A DNA stretch of 43,776 nucleotides, taken from NCBI GenBank assembly GCA_000388065.2, contig KB932202.1. One strand, written 5' to 3'. The notes below the pieces were generated by a model, which was not told the origin of the DNA, made no database searches, and worked only from the letters and a program-made list of their open reading frames with translations. Every line of letters starts with the position of its first letter. The stretch's first letter is position 1. The position numbers and the translations under genes were made by a program. The DNA comes from Fonticula alba ATCC 38817. Its lineage: Eukaryota > Protista > Nucleariida. This document shows positions 23,122 to 34,166 of the stretch, piece by piece.

Positions 23122-23835
23122 GAGCGGGCAACAGCACGTCCGCCCGGCCGCCAGGGGAAAGAAGGCAGGGTCCTTCTGCCCCGCCCCCGCCCCCCCGGGC
23201 CGCAAGTCGCGGTGGATTCCGATCAGGCAGCATCTCCAACAGCGGCGATGGGACCGGGCTCCCTAGCTCGGGCCCCGTGTCGACGGCTGCCGGGGCAGTC
23301 GCCTCGGCCCGCCTGTCTACCGACGGGTTCCCCCTTTTCCCCGGATGGAGGGCACAATGCCGGCCGGGGCCGTGGTGTCCCCGAACATCCCCCCCCCCCC
23401 CCCCGGAGCTGCGACCGGGCTCGGGCCGCGATATCTCCAAGCCCGGCCGGGAGAAAAGAAGGCAGTCAAGAACCCATGTTGACTCGGGACCACGCACATA
23501 CACCCAACAGGATGGGACGCCCCAACACGCGGGCGAGGACAGCGAACAGGGCGCACTGGGCATTTCTCCCGACGCCGGGGCGGATGGGCCGGACGGCGCC
23601 TGGTGCACAGTCCCCCCCCCCCCCCCCCCAACACACACACACACACACACACGCACGCACGCACGCACGCACGCACGCACACCCCCCGCTCTCAGCTGAA
23701 GGCCTCGGGCGCCCGGCGAGAGCGCCAAACCAGGAAACTCCCCACGCACCCGGAGCAAGGAGGGGGGACACCGGCGGCCGCCCCGGGGTGTGTCGGCCAG
23801 AGCGCACCGGGGCCGGCGGGCGCGCCGCCGCACAT

Positions 23836-24369
23836 TCACAAGCCGATGGCGGTGGCAGGGGGTCGGCAGGAGGAGGCCCCGGTCGCCTGGGCCTTGTTGG
23901 CCTCGGTAATATCGAATAAATATGCCTGAAATATGGCCAAGGAGTGTATGGCCAACAGAGGGGCCTTCTATCGGTGCCACTTTCCCGTGTGCGCCCTGCC
24001 GGTTCCGGCGCACCTGCCACACTCAGTGGAGCAGGCCGGAGGGCGGCTCCGGCGCCCCGCCCCCCGGCCGGCCCCCCCCCGGCCCACGCCGGCCGGTAGT
24101 CCATCGCTGGGCGTTTCACTCGCGCACATCGAGCCCGCCTTGGCCCGAATGATTCGGCCCCCCTGCCGCCAGCCCCACAGGAACGATGGCGTAGTTCCAC
24201 CCCTGCCGGCGCCCCCCCCCCCNNNNNNNNNNGGGGGGGAGGGGGGCCACCTTGTTTGTAAGCACCCGGCTGCCCATCCCAAACACGGCCAAGGCCGTGC
24301 CGCAAGCGGCGAGGCAAGGCAGTCGTCCCTTTACGGGGGCAAGCGGTCAGAGGTACATTCACACGCACG

Positions 24370-24425
<56 letters not shown>

Positions 24426-24991
24426 CACACACATCAGATCCCTCTGCCAGCCTCAGGAGGCAGGCTGCTTGAGAGGACCCGACAGAGGCGCCGAGGAGAT
24501 GACTGGCGCCCTCGAAGGAGGAGACTTTGTTAATGACCCGCCCCCTCCAGAGGTAGTACTCGCCCAGTCTCCTTCGGCCCGGGATAGCCATGGCGAGTCC
24601 ATCCCCAGGGGCGAGCGAGTCCGAAATCGGTCAAGGCAGCGAAGCACAACCATACAGACGCCGGCATCACCTCCTCCCGGGAGATCGGGCGCTCCCCGAG
24701 TACGAAGCGAAAGGAGGGCTCTCGGCCAGCCGGCGCCGGACAATCGGCCTCGGCCGGTGTCATCTGTGCGGAGGGCTTGCCGTCTGGGTCCGGCCCTGTC
24801 CCGCCCCTTCCGGGCAGCCAGCCCCCGAATGCCGCCCTCAAGCCGAGCGCCGCCCCGGCCACCGCCTCCGCCGCACCGAGGCCGGCCGGATAGCCGGACT
24901 CCCCGGAATCTGGTACCCAACCCCGGGAAGGAGGGCCGGCCGGAAAGGTCTCACGCCCAGCGCCGGCGCCCTGGCGGCCGCCGTTATCCAT
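23836..24991 (-). CDS. Possible multi-exon hypothetical gene (unresolved)
   Basis: Several coding-looking segments with plausible splice sites (see finding). A gap at 24223-24232 prevents a closed model. Confidence 0.2.
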
Positions 24992-25509
24992 TTAAAACGG
25001 TCCGCTCCGCGGCCGGGCCGCGCACAGGGCACGCGAACAGAGGCGCCGGCGCCTAGCACGCGCGGAAGACTTCGCTACGCTCTCGCCGTGGCTGCCGGCC
25101 CCCGGGGGCCGGCGCGCGGCATGACGGAAATGACCTCGCCTTGGTGCCATCTCAGGGCAGCCCCCGGCAAGAGAGAAGGGTTAGCCACGATAGTCACAGG
25201 GTTCCCGCCCTCCGGGGCGGTGGTGCTGTGGTCGTAGAACCGTGAACGGGGGCAGAAAATGTACGCCTGTGCGGGCCCCGGGCGTGCTGGCACGTCCGCA
25301 CCGCGAGCCGCTCCTCCCTGCCCCGCCCCCTCCTTCCCTCCTCGCCCCCCTCCCCTGCCACTTCCCGCGGCTCGCGGGAACAGCATGCTGCTGGCCCTGC
25401 GGCAGCAGGTCCAATTACGAAAAGCCCCCTGGAGGCCTCAAAAAAGGGCCTCAAAAAAGCCCGAGGAATATCTGGAAGTCGGCCTATGCCCGGGCGGCCG
25501 CGACACCGC

Positions 25510-25559
<50 letters not shown>

Positions 25560-25750
25560 NNNNNNNNNNNNNNNNNNNNNNNNNNNNNNNNNNNNNNNNN
25601 NNNNNNNNNNNNGAGCCACCGAACGAGCGGCCGGCCGAGGAGGGACGGGAAAGGCGGGGGGAGGGTCAGCGCAAGGCAGATCACTGGCAAGGAAGCGAGT
25701 CACGGCGCGCCAAGGGGCCGGGGCCGAGGAGCGGACCGAGCCGGACGCAC

Positions 25751-26154
25751 CTTTTCCTGGCCAGCCGTATCCCAGATAGAAAGCTTGACGGTGCGATCAT
25801 CCACAGTGAGGGTCTTGCTCATGTAGGCCGCGCCGACCGTGGTGGGCAGGCCCTCAAAGTGGGTGTCGCACACGAAGCGCAGCATCAGGGAGGACTTGCC
25901 GACATTGGTTGGCTAGAGGCCGGGAGGAATACATGCGGCAGAGGGCAGACGGTGAGACAAGGACCACGGCGTGAGCGAGCGAGCGAGCGAGCGAGCGAGC
26001 GAGCGAACGGGCCGGTGAGCCGGCGACAAGGGCGGATCTCCGGCAACCGGGCGGCCAGGGCTGCGGGACGCACCCCAAGGATGCCGATCTTGTAGGCGCT
26101 TTGCATGCCAGCCGGGGCGGTACGCTGGCCCCCGGGGGCGGCGGTGGCGGACAT
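25751..26154 (-). CDS. Rab-family small GTPase, Rab5/21/22-like, 5' portion only; exons 26154-26074, 25912-25751; 3' exons not found
   Basis: Spliced YKIGILG|PTNVGKSSLMLRF (G1), PTTVGAAYMSK (switch I, similar to the Rab5/22 TIGAAF motif) and KLSIWDTAGQEK (G3), followed by a GTGCGT donor that runs into the N gap at 25560-25612. Confidence 0.85.
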
Positions 26155-27555
26155 AGTCGCGGGGGGGGGGGAGAGGAGATGAGAGGGGAGGGGGAGGGGG
26201 AAAGGGGGAGAGAGGGGGAGAGGGAGATATGAAGAGAGGGGGAAGTGCGGGGGGGGGGGGGGTCGCAAAGGCCGATCTTGCTGGTTGTGGCGGTCCCTTC
26301 CCTTCGGGGCGCCTAGCGCCCTTGTCCGGTCGACTTGAGCGCATCCGGACAGGCCGGCTGGCAGGGAGGCGGCTCTCTCGCGCGCGCATCTAGTTCGCCG
26401 GGGGGGAAGACGGGGAAGTCCCACGGAGAAGTATCCTCCCGAGTCAGGCATGCGACCCAAGGCAGTGGTTCTAGCTTCTTCGGTACTGACTAGCGCCGGC
26501 GCTTGACAGCCTCCCGCACGCCCGGCCACAAGGGGCTTCCGTCGTGTAGTGATGCAATCTACCCGTGCCCCGGGCTCGCCGTTTGCCGGCGGCGCCTGAC
26601 AAGCGGCGACTCGCAGCCACAACCCACACACACCCCAGAACACACGCAGGCCTGAAAGTGGCCCTCCTGCTACCGAGTACATCTTTGCCACCCAGCATAC
26701 TCCCTCCTCCNNNNNNNNNNCCCCCCCCCCGGCACTTGCCGCAGCCCTCCAAGGTCCCTTTGTAAGACCCCTGCCCTGGCCGCCTCCCTGGTGTGTTCGC
26801 CCCTCCGCCCCCCCCCCCGTACATGAAGGCACAAAGGGATCGGGTGATACGCCGGAATCGGGTGTCCCACAGGGCAGAAGAATACCGGAGGCGAGATGCC
26901 TCTGCCAGGCAGGGCAGGCAGCTCCATCCCGCCCTGCGCAGGACATCCTCGTTCCCCCTTCCGCCCCTCGCCGCTGCTTGCCCCTTGGCGGACGGTGCCC
27001 GTGCTGCTTTCCACAACTATGAGCAAAGCTAAAGCAGCTGGCGGCCGCCGGCACTATTTGGGGGAGCCCCACCTCCTCGGGCACGCCTGAGGCTTCTGGC
27101 GGGAATATCGAATGCCCGGGCCCGCCCCTCGCGGAGTTGTGCGCGCTCTGGGGCTGCTATTTATTCCCCCCTCAGCGAATGATGTCCAGCCTCCTCGGCT
27201 CGGCCCGGGCCCCGGGCTCCTGAATGGGCTCCGAAAAAAGAAAAAAAAAAGGGCCGACCCATTTTAAAGGAGGACTACCGCCGGAAGAGACGCGAACATG
27301 CGCGTGTGGAAGCCGTTACTCTGGACGTTACTCACGGCGTGATGTGGTCACGGTCGCACTTTAACTGGATTAACATCGACACCGCCTACATTGATCACGA
27401 ACGCCGGCTGACGAAAATTGGCACCCGTCCCGGGCCGGCCGGCCGGCTGGGGCCGCCAAGCCCCGGCCAAGATGACATGGTGCTCTTGTCTGCTCGGGGG
27501 TCCCTCTGTCGTTGGGCTGTTGATTCGGCAGGTGGGGCGGCGGAGCGGGGGGGGG

Positions 27556-28290
27556 NNNNNNNNNNNNNNNNNNNNNNNNNNNNNNNNNNNNNNNNNNNNN
27601 NNNNNNNNNNNNNNNNNNNNNNNNNNNNNNNNNNNNNNNNNNNNNNNNNNNNNNNNNNNNNNNNNNNNNNNNNNNNNNNNNNNNNNNNNNNNNNNNNNNN
27701 NNNNNNNNNNNNNNNNNNNNNNNNNNNNNNNNNNNNNNNNNNNNNNNNNNNNNNNNNNNNNNNNNNNNNNNNNNNNNNNNNNNNNNNNNNNNNNNNNNNN
27801 NNNNNNNNNNNNNNNNNNNNNNNNNNNNNNNNNNNNNNNNNNNNNNNNNNNNNNNNNNNNNNNNNNNNNNNNNNNNNNNNNNNNNNNNNNNNNNNNNNNN
27901 NNNNNNNNNNNNNNNNNNNNNNNNNNNNNNNNNNNNNNNNNNNNNNNNNNNNNNNNNNNNNNNNNNNNNNNNNNNNNNNNNNNNNNNNNNNNNNNNNNNN
28001 NNNNNNNNNNNNNNNNNNNNNNNNNNNNNNNNNNNNNNNNNNNNNNNNNNNNNNNNNNNNNNNNNNNNNNNNNNNNNNNNNNNNNNNNNNNNNNNNNNNN
28101 NNNNNNNNNNNNNNNNNNNNNNNNNNNNNNNNNNNNNNNNNNNNNNNNNNNNNNNNNNNNNNNNNNNNNNNNNNNNNNNNNNNNNNNNNNNNNNNNNNNN
28201 NNNNNNNNNNNNNNNNNNNNNNNNNNNNNNNNNNNNNNNNNNNNNNNNNNNNNNNNNNNNNNNNNNNNNNNNNNNNNNNNNNNNNNNNNN
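27556..28290. other. Assembly gap (735 N); other gaps at 24223-24232, 25560-25612, 26711-26720, 29647-29748 and 31629-31751
   Basis: N runs. Each abuts a poly-G/C or (CT)n tract on at least one side. Confidence 1.
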
Positions 28291-28373
28291 CCCGCCTCTT
28301 CCTCGTCTTTGTCTCTTCTCTCTCTCTCTCCCCATCCCCGTCCCCCGCTGCCTTCGCCGCCGCCGCCATCACC

Positions 28374-31150
28374 ATGACCAAGATCAACCTCACTTGGAAT
28401 AAGAAGAATTTCCCCGGTGTGGAGATCGACACCTCCAACCCCGACCAGGCCTTCGAGCAGCTGCAGAAGACCATCTGTGACCTGACCAGCGTCGAGCCGG
28501 CCAACCAGAAGATCTTCTTCGCTCGACGCATGCTTCGCTCTGGCGCGGACCTGACCGCGGCCGGTGGCCTCACCGAGGTGCGCTGCCTGCCGTGGCCCCC
28601 CCCCCCCCCCCCCCCCTTCTCCGCCCCTCCTACTCTTCTGCCATGCCCGGCCATCCCGCGGCCCTTTGCCCACTTGCTCACCCCGGTCCCGCCTCGGCCC
28701 CTTCATCATCCTCAGAATGCCACCGTCATGCTGGTCGGCACGGCCACCGCCACGCTCAAGGCCATGGCCGACGCGGCTTCCTCGGCCGCGGCTCGCGCCC
28801 CCGAGCAGAGCGATAGCATGGATGTCGCGGCGGACATCCCCTCCGGCGTGCGTCTCCCCCTGCTCCCATGTGACCTGGGGCCTGGTCGGCCCACACCACC
28901 GGTTCCGCTCGCCCGCCCGCCCGCCCGCCCGCCCTCTTGCCCTGACCCCCTCCCACTGCCATGGTTGGCCTTTTTCCGGTCCCGCTTTTGCCTCCACCCG
29001 CCCCCCCCCCCTTCTGCCTCCCAGCCGCACCCCCTCAAGAACATCGGCAACACCTGCTACCTGAATGCCACCATCCAGAGCCTGCGCCTGGTGCCGGAGC
29101 TCCGGGACGAGCTGCGCAATGCCATGGTCACCCCCGGGGCGTCCGGGCGCTTCCCGGTGGCCCATCAGCTCCATGGGATCCTCAGCGCCCAGCCCGGGTC
29201 CGACAGCAATGTCAAGCCGGACCCCCTGGTGCAGGCCCTGCGCCGGGCGCATCCGCAATTTGCCCAGGTGGCCTCCGGCGGGGGGCCTTCCTCCGGTGGC
29301 AAGTGGGATGCCTCCAGCATGGCCAACCTCAGCACGCAGGACCTGGCCGCGGCGCTCATGCCTCCCCAGTACATCCACCAGGATGCCCAGGAATGCTGGT
29401 CGGCCTTGGTGCAGGACGCCGATCGGGCTACCGGCAATGCGTCGGCCGTGTCGCGGCTCTTCAACATTGTGACCACCATCTCGCGGTGCGTGCCGCCCGG
29501 TGGGCTTACTCTTGCCCGGTTGTGCATGTGTGACAAGTGCCACATGTGCACAGCCATGCGTGTGCCGCCGTCTTTCCGCCTCTCTCCCTCTCCCTCTCTC
29601 CCTCTCTCTCTCCCTCTCTCTCTCTCCCTCTCTCTCTCTCCCTCTCNNNNNNNNNNNNNNNNNNNNNNNNNNNNNNNNNNNNNNNNNNNNNNNNNNNNNN
29701 NNNNNNNNNNNNNNNNNNNNNNNNNNNNNNNNNNNNNNNNNNNNNNNNCTCTCTCCCTCTCTCTCTCTCTCTCCTTCTCTCCCTCTCCCCTCCTCTCTCT
29801 CAGTCTCTCTGACACCCGCACAGTGGCGATCCGCAGGACCCCGCCGCCCCGCCCTCCCTGTCGCACGATGAGGCCTCCATGCTTGGCTGCCACATTACCG
29901 AGGAGATCAACAGCCTGGAGGATAGCATCCGCGCAGGGCTGGCCTCGACCGCGGCCAGTCGCGATCAGCCCTCGGCCGCGACCGAGCCCGGCCCCGCCGG
30001 TGTGGCTTCCCCCCCCAAGACCACGGCCCTCTTCTCCCGGCTCCCGCGCTACCTGTGCGTGCACTTTGCGCGGTTCTACTGGAAGCAGGAGGCCAATATG
30101 AAGACCAAGATCCTGCGGGTGCGTACTCGGCTGGCCCCCTCCCCGGGCCTCCCCCATGCCTCCGTGTGCTCAATCTTGGCCCACGCTCTGACACACCGGC
30201 CGTGGGTCCTTGTCGGGCCTCCTGACTCCCCCCCCCCCCCCCCGGCCCGCAGAAAGTTACCTTCCCTCTGCACTTGGACTTGCACATGCTCTGCACGGAG
30301 GAGCTGCGCGAGCGCCAGTCCGTGGTTCGCCGCTTCCGCGACCAGAAGTCCGAGTCGAGCATGGGCCTGGCCCCGGTGCGCCTGGCGGGCGAGGCCCCGG
30401 CCGACAAGGCAGCCGACAGCGACACCCCCATGGCCACCTCCCCTCGCGAGGGGGAGGATGCCCAGCAGGATGCCGCCTCGGCCACTGAGCCGATTTTCCT
30501 CGACGAGCATGGGACTCCCGGTAAGTGCACCCCTCCGCCCTGGCACCCTGTAACCCCTCCTGCCTGGGGCCCCTGCTTCTCGCGCGCTGTTCCTTTCCCT
30601 GCTCCTGCCTGCCCCTGGCTCCCATGCTGACCTGGCTCTTGCCTGTCCCCCCGCCCCCCCCCCCTCCCGTCACCGTGCAGACCCCTACGCCTGCCCCACT
30701 GGCCGGTACGAGCTGAAGGCGGTGGTGGCGCACACCGGTCGCTTCGCCGACCAGGGCCATTACATCGCGTATGTCCGGCTGCCGGAGCTCCAGTCGAATG
30801 GGGGTCCGAATGATGCCAAGACCCGCCGGCGCGGGCCCTCCCTCATGGGCAGCAAGGGCGACGGCTGGTGGCGGTGTGATGATGACACCATCCGCCCGGC
30901 CGACCCGAATGAGATCGCTCGGTTGGATGGCGGTGGTATGTGGTGCTGCTTTTGCCGGCATCTCTGTGCTTTCCTGCTGCCTCTGGGTGTTTGTGAATGC
31001 GCACAAGCACATGCTTGCCTTGGCTGACCTCCCTCGCTGTGTGTGCCTCTTGTCCCCCCTCGCTCCCTCGCTCCCTTGCTCCGCGTGTCTTTGACAGGCG
31101 ATTGGCCCATCGCCTACCTGTGCCTGTATGCCGCACGTGAGGATGCTTAA
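28374..31150 (+). CDS. USP14: Proteasome-associated deubiquitinase USP14/Ubp6 (555 aa); exons 28374-28577, 28716-28847, 29025-29485, 29824-30118, 30253-30520, 30681-30935, 31098-31150
   Basis: N-terminal Ubl domain, Cys box LKNIGNTCYLNA, QDAQECW, RFYWKQEANMKTKILR|KVTFPLHLD, His box YELKAVVAHTGRFADQGHYIAYV, WWRCDDD and the family-typical end GGG|DWPIAYLCLY. Six GT-AG introns, all phases close. Confidence 0.95.
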
Positions 31151-31386
31151 TCGGCCTTCCCCCTCCGGACTTCCGGTGGCCCGTGCACGAGTGCCCTGGC
31201 ATTGCTGCTCCATTTTTCCTGTCTCCTGTGAGAGTGAGTCCATATGTGTGTGCCTGTCTCCCATCTCCTTTGCCTTCTTCGATGGACAAGCCCCGGCATA
31301 ATTGATCTCGAGGGCAGGTGTAGTGCGCGCGCGCGCGCGCGCGTGTGTGTGTGTGTGGATCCCAGGCTCGGACGCGGGGGGCTGCT

Positions 31387-33538
31387 TTACATGAACATTT
31401 GGCTCTGGCCACCTCCGGGGGATGCATTGTCCAAGCAGGCAAGGGCCACGCCAAGGGCCTGCACCGCGGTCAGGGGAAAGCGATAGTCCAGCACCAGGGT
31501 TCCGGGAGGAAAGGCCCCAGCGGCTGCTGCCCCAGCCGGCCAGTGAGCCGCTGGCGCCGCGCGGCCGATCTGCAGAATGACATAGTCGGCTTTGGGTAGA
31601 TGTGGTAGGCAAGGGTCAGAGCGGGGGGNNNNNNNNNNNNNNNNNNNNNNNNNNNNNNNNNNNNNNNNNNNNNNNNNNNNNNNNNNNNNNNNNNNNNNNN
31701 NNNNNNNNNNNNNNNNNNNNNNNNNNNNNNNNNNNNNNNNNNNNNNNNNNNGGGGGCGGTGGGGGCGACAGGAGTGACGGGCAGCCGGCACGAGGCTGCC
31801 ATAACCCTAACTTACGATCGCGAGGGTGGATGATGAGCATATTCTTCACCGAGGCCAAGGTGACGCGTCCGCGAAAATTCAGCACATACGACCGGGCCAC
31901 TGTGCATATGTGTGCGTGTGCGGACGTGGTTGCTCACCGGGTGAGTGGGTGTCGGTGCGCGGGGAGGTAAGGTACCGCATCGGGGCACCCTGCCGGCAGG
32001 GAGTCTCACGCTGTTCGAGCACACGGCCGAGGGGCAGAACGTACGATCACTCCAGACTGGCGCTTTGCTCGGGATGGCCACGCACATGGGATGGGGAAGG
32101 AGGCTTTTGTGGGCCGAGCGTAGCATGCGCTCCTCGGTCTGGGGCGGCCCAATGAGATTGGTCAATACAATGTGGCCCTGCCCGCCCCCTGCCCCTCGCC
32201 CGCCCACCAATGGAGTGCCCCGGTCGAAGGCGGGCCAGGAAGAAAGGCTGAGCGCACGGTTGTCGGCGTGTGCGATAGCGGCCTGCCGGTTTGGACGTTG
32301 ATCCCGGGCAGGACAAGCTGCACGCGGGCCGTGTGAATGGGATTGCCGCCGACGACGCCGGCGTGGCGTCGCGGCGCCCGGCGGGATGTCTCCGGCGGGT
32401 GGAAGTCCTAAATCCATGGGACAAGACACCGGGAGGGGGGGGGGGGGGGAGGGGGCGGGGGAGAAAGAGAGAAAGGGTCAATTCTTAACCTGGCTCGCAG
32501 GAGCCCCGAGTGCACGCAAGTGAAAGGTCCCGCCCTGGCCGACCGAGACGGCGTACAAAAATGACAGCCGCCAGCTCCTGGCGAATGGCCCCCGAGTCCG
32601 GAGGGGCGATGCCCAGGGAATCCGAGCTATGGGAGGGGCTGCTCTGGGGCATCGGCGAGACATTGGCATTCGCGCCGTCGCGGTCAGCCCCGGGCGTGGG
32701 GCTTGTGCTTGGGGTCGCTGCCGCGGAGGGCGAGTCGACATCGGTCGGGTCTTGGGTCCAGCCGATGGCCGACTCGTGGCCCGTGTCCGTGGTCGAGGTG
32801 TGGGACAGGCGGCTGGAGGAGCTCCGGGAGAAGATCCCCCGCTTTTGGAAGGGGTTCTCCCCCGGGCCCACGATGTAGGCGCCATTGCGCTGGGGCACAC
32901 GCCTTCAGCGGCAGGGGGCGTCAGTGAGAGCATGGGCTGTTGCCGAAGGCGGACCCGCGCCACTCGGGTCCCACGGTGGTCAGAGGAAAAGCCGAAACGT
33001 ACTCCACGCGGCCGAATACCTGGCCGGCTTCGGGGCCGGCTTCCTCGAAATCCGGCTCGCGGATGATCCAGTCGGAACCGGAGCGCGTGGCCACGGCGAT
33101 CTTGTACGGCGGGCCCAGGGGGGGGGGGATGGAGGACATGCCGGGATTGGCGCCATTGCGTGCGGCCATGGTCAAGTGGATGGCCTGGGTCATCATGGAT
33201 GTCACCACCCCCGGGCCGCCGCATGTCTCCAGCATCAAGTTGTACTCGATCACCTTGTGCGTGAGGGGATGCCGCCGAGCAGGGACCATGCGGCAAAAGT
33301 GCGTGTGTGAAGGATGGGCCGGCCTTCCGCCCGGGCACATGGGGTTAGCCTTTTTGGGCAATGGTTGATGGTCAAGCGCCTCGGGTGGCGGGACTCGCCC
33401 GGACCACGGTGGTATCGGGCACACGGCCGCAGCGTACTCCTTCAGCAAGCGCAGCGATACAAAGCGCTCGTGGCTGATCTTGTTCACCTTGGCCGCGGTG
33501 GCCTCCCGGGAGGCGGGATTCTTCTCGGCGGGCGTCAT
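31387..33538 (-). CDS. Tubby-like protein, divergent (470 aa); exons 33538-33003, 32902-32557, 32407-32258, 32138-32045, 31899-31816, 31589-31387
   Basis: Tubby motifs GENP, IRQELAAVIF, KAPVWSD|LARSYVLNFRGRVTLASVKNMLI and PDYVILQIGR...LDYRFPLTAVQALGVAL. Five introns with consistent phases; two use AAG acceptors. Confidence 0.88.
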
Positions 33539-34166
33539 CGAGGGCGCGGGGGGGAGGGCACGGAGTCGCAAGGAGGGGAAGAGGGGATTCGGGGGGCTGA
33601 TAGAAAGGCAGAGAGAGAGAGAAGGCATTCGTGGCGCGGATGGAGGGTGGGGCTGTCAGGAAGGATCTCGCACATGGGCCCCTGGGGCGGCCGAAAAAAT
33701 AGGGCGGCCGCGCGCTGGCAGGGCGCGCAGACAGGCCGGTATTGTGGGCTAGGCGTGTGTGATCTCGGTTGCACACATGACCAAGGAGATCGGAGCTAAC
33801 ACGGAGCCTATCTCATTCTGGAGTATCGGACCGACGGCCGCGATCGAATGCCAGGGAGATGGGCCCCCTCCCCTGCACCTTCCCCGCCCCCCCCGACGCA
33901 CACAGATGTGTGGGTGCGTGTGCGCAGGGGGGGGCATGGCGCGCGCGGCATGTGCTGCGGCAGGCGCTCAGGTGGGCGTGTTTCACAAGGGGGGGGGGGG
34001 GGCGGGGGGCCAAAAGAAAAAAAAAGACCGCAGCCGATCGATGCCCGGATGCCGGAACATGCTCGAGCCCTCTTCTCCCCTCCATCCACCTTGGCCTGTC
34101 CTCTTTGCGCGTCCATCCCACAACCGCCCATTCTCCTCCGCCCGCGCCACTTGTCGCATCTTGGCC

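Noticed and set aside
23870-23935. IRYYRGQQG and YLFDITE as the missing Rab exons
   Set aside because: The two motifs are in different overlapping frames, about 1.8 kb from exon 2, with no G4/G5 or CC/CxC tail nearby.
24600-24640. LTDFGLAR, a kinase DFG-like motif in ORF 24530-24991
   Set aside because: No Gly-rich loop, VAIK, HRD or APE in any compatible frame; likely chance.
25434-25459. 13-nt perfect tandem duplication GGCCTCAAAAAAG x2
   Set aside because: Only two copies with no spacers. It is a simple slippage product, not CRISPR-like or element-like.
27306-30101. 931-aa ORF and neighbours spanning X runs
   Set aside because: Artefact of translating through N gaps and stop-free introns; the real content is USP14.
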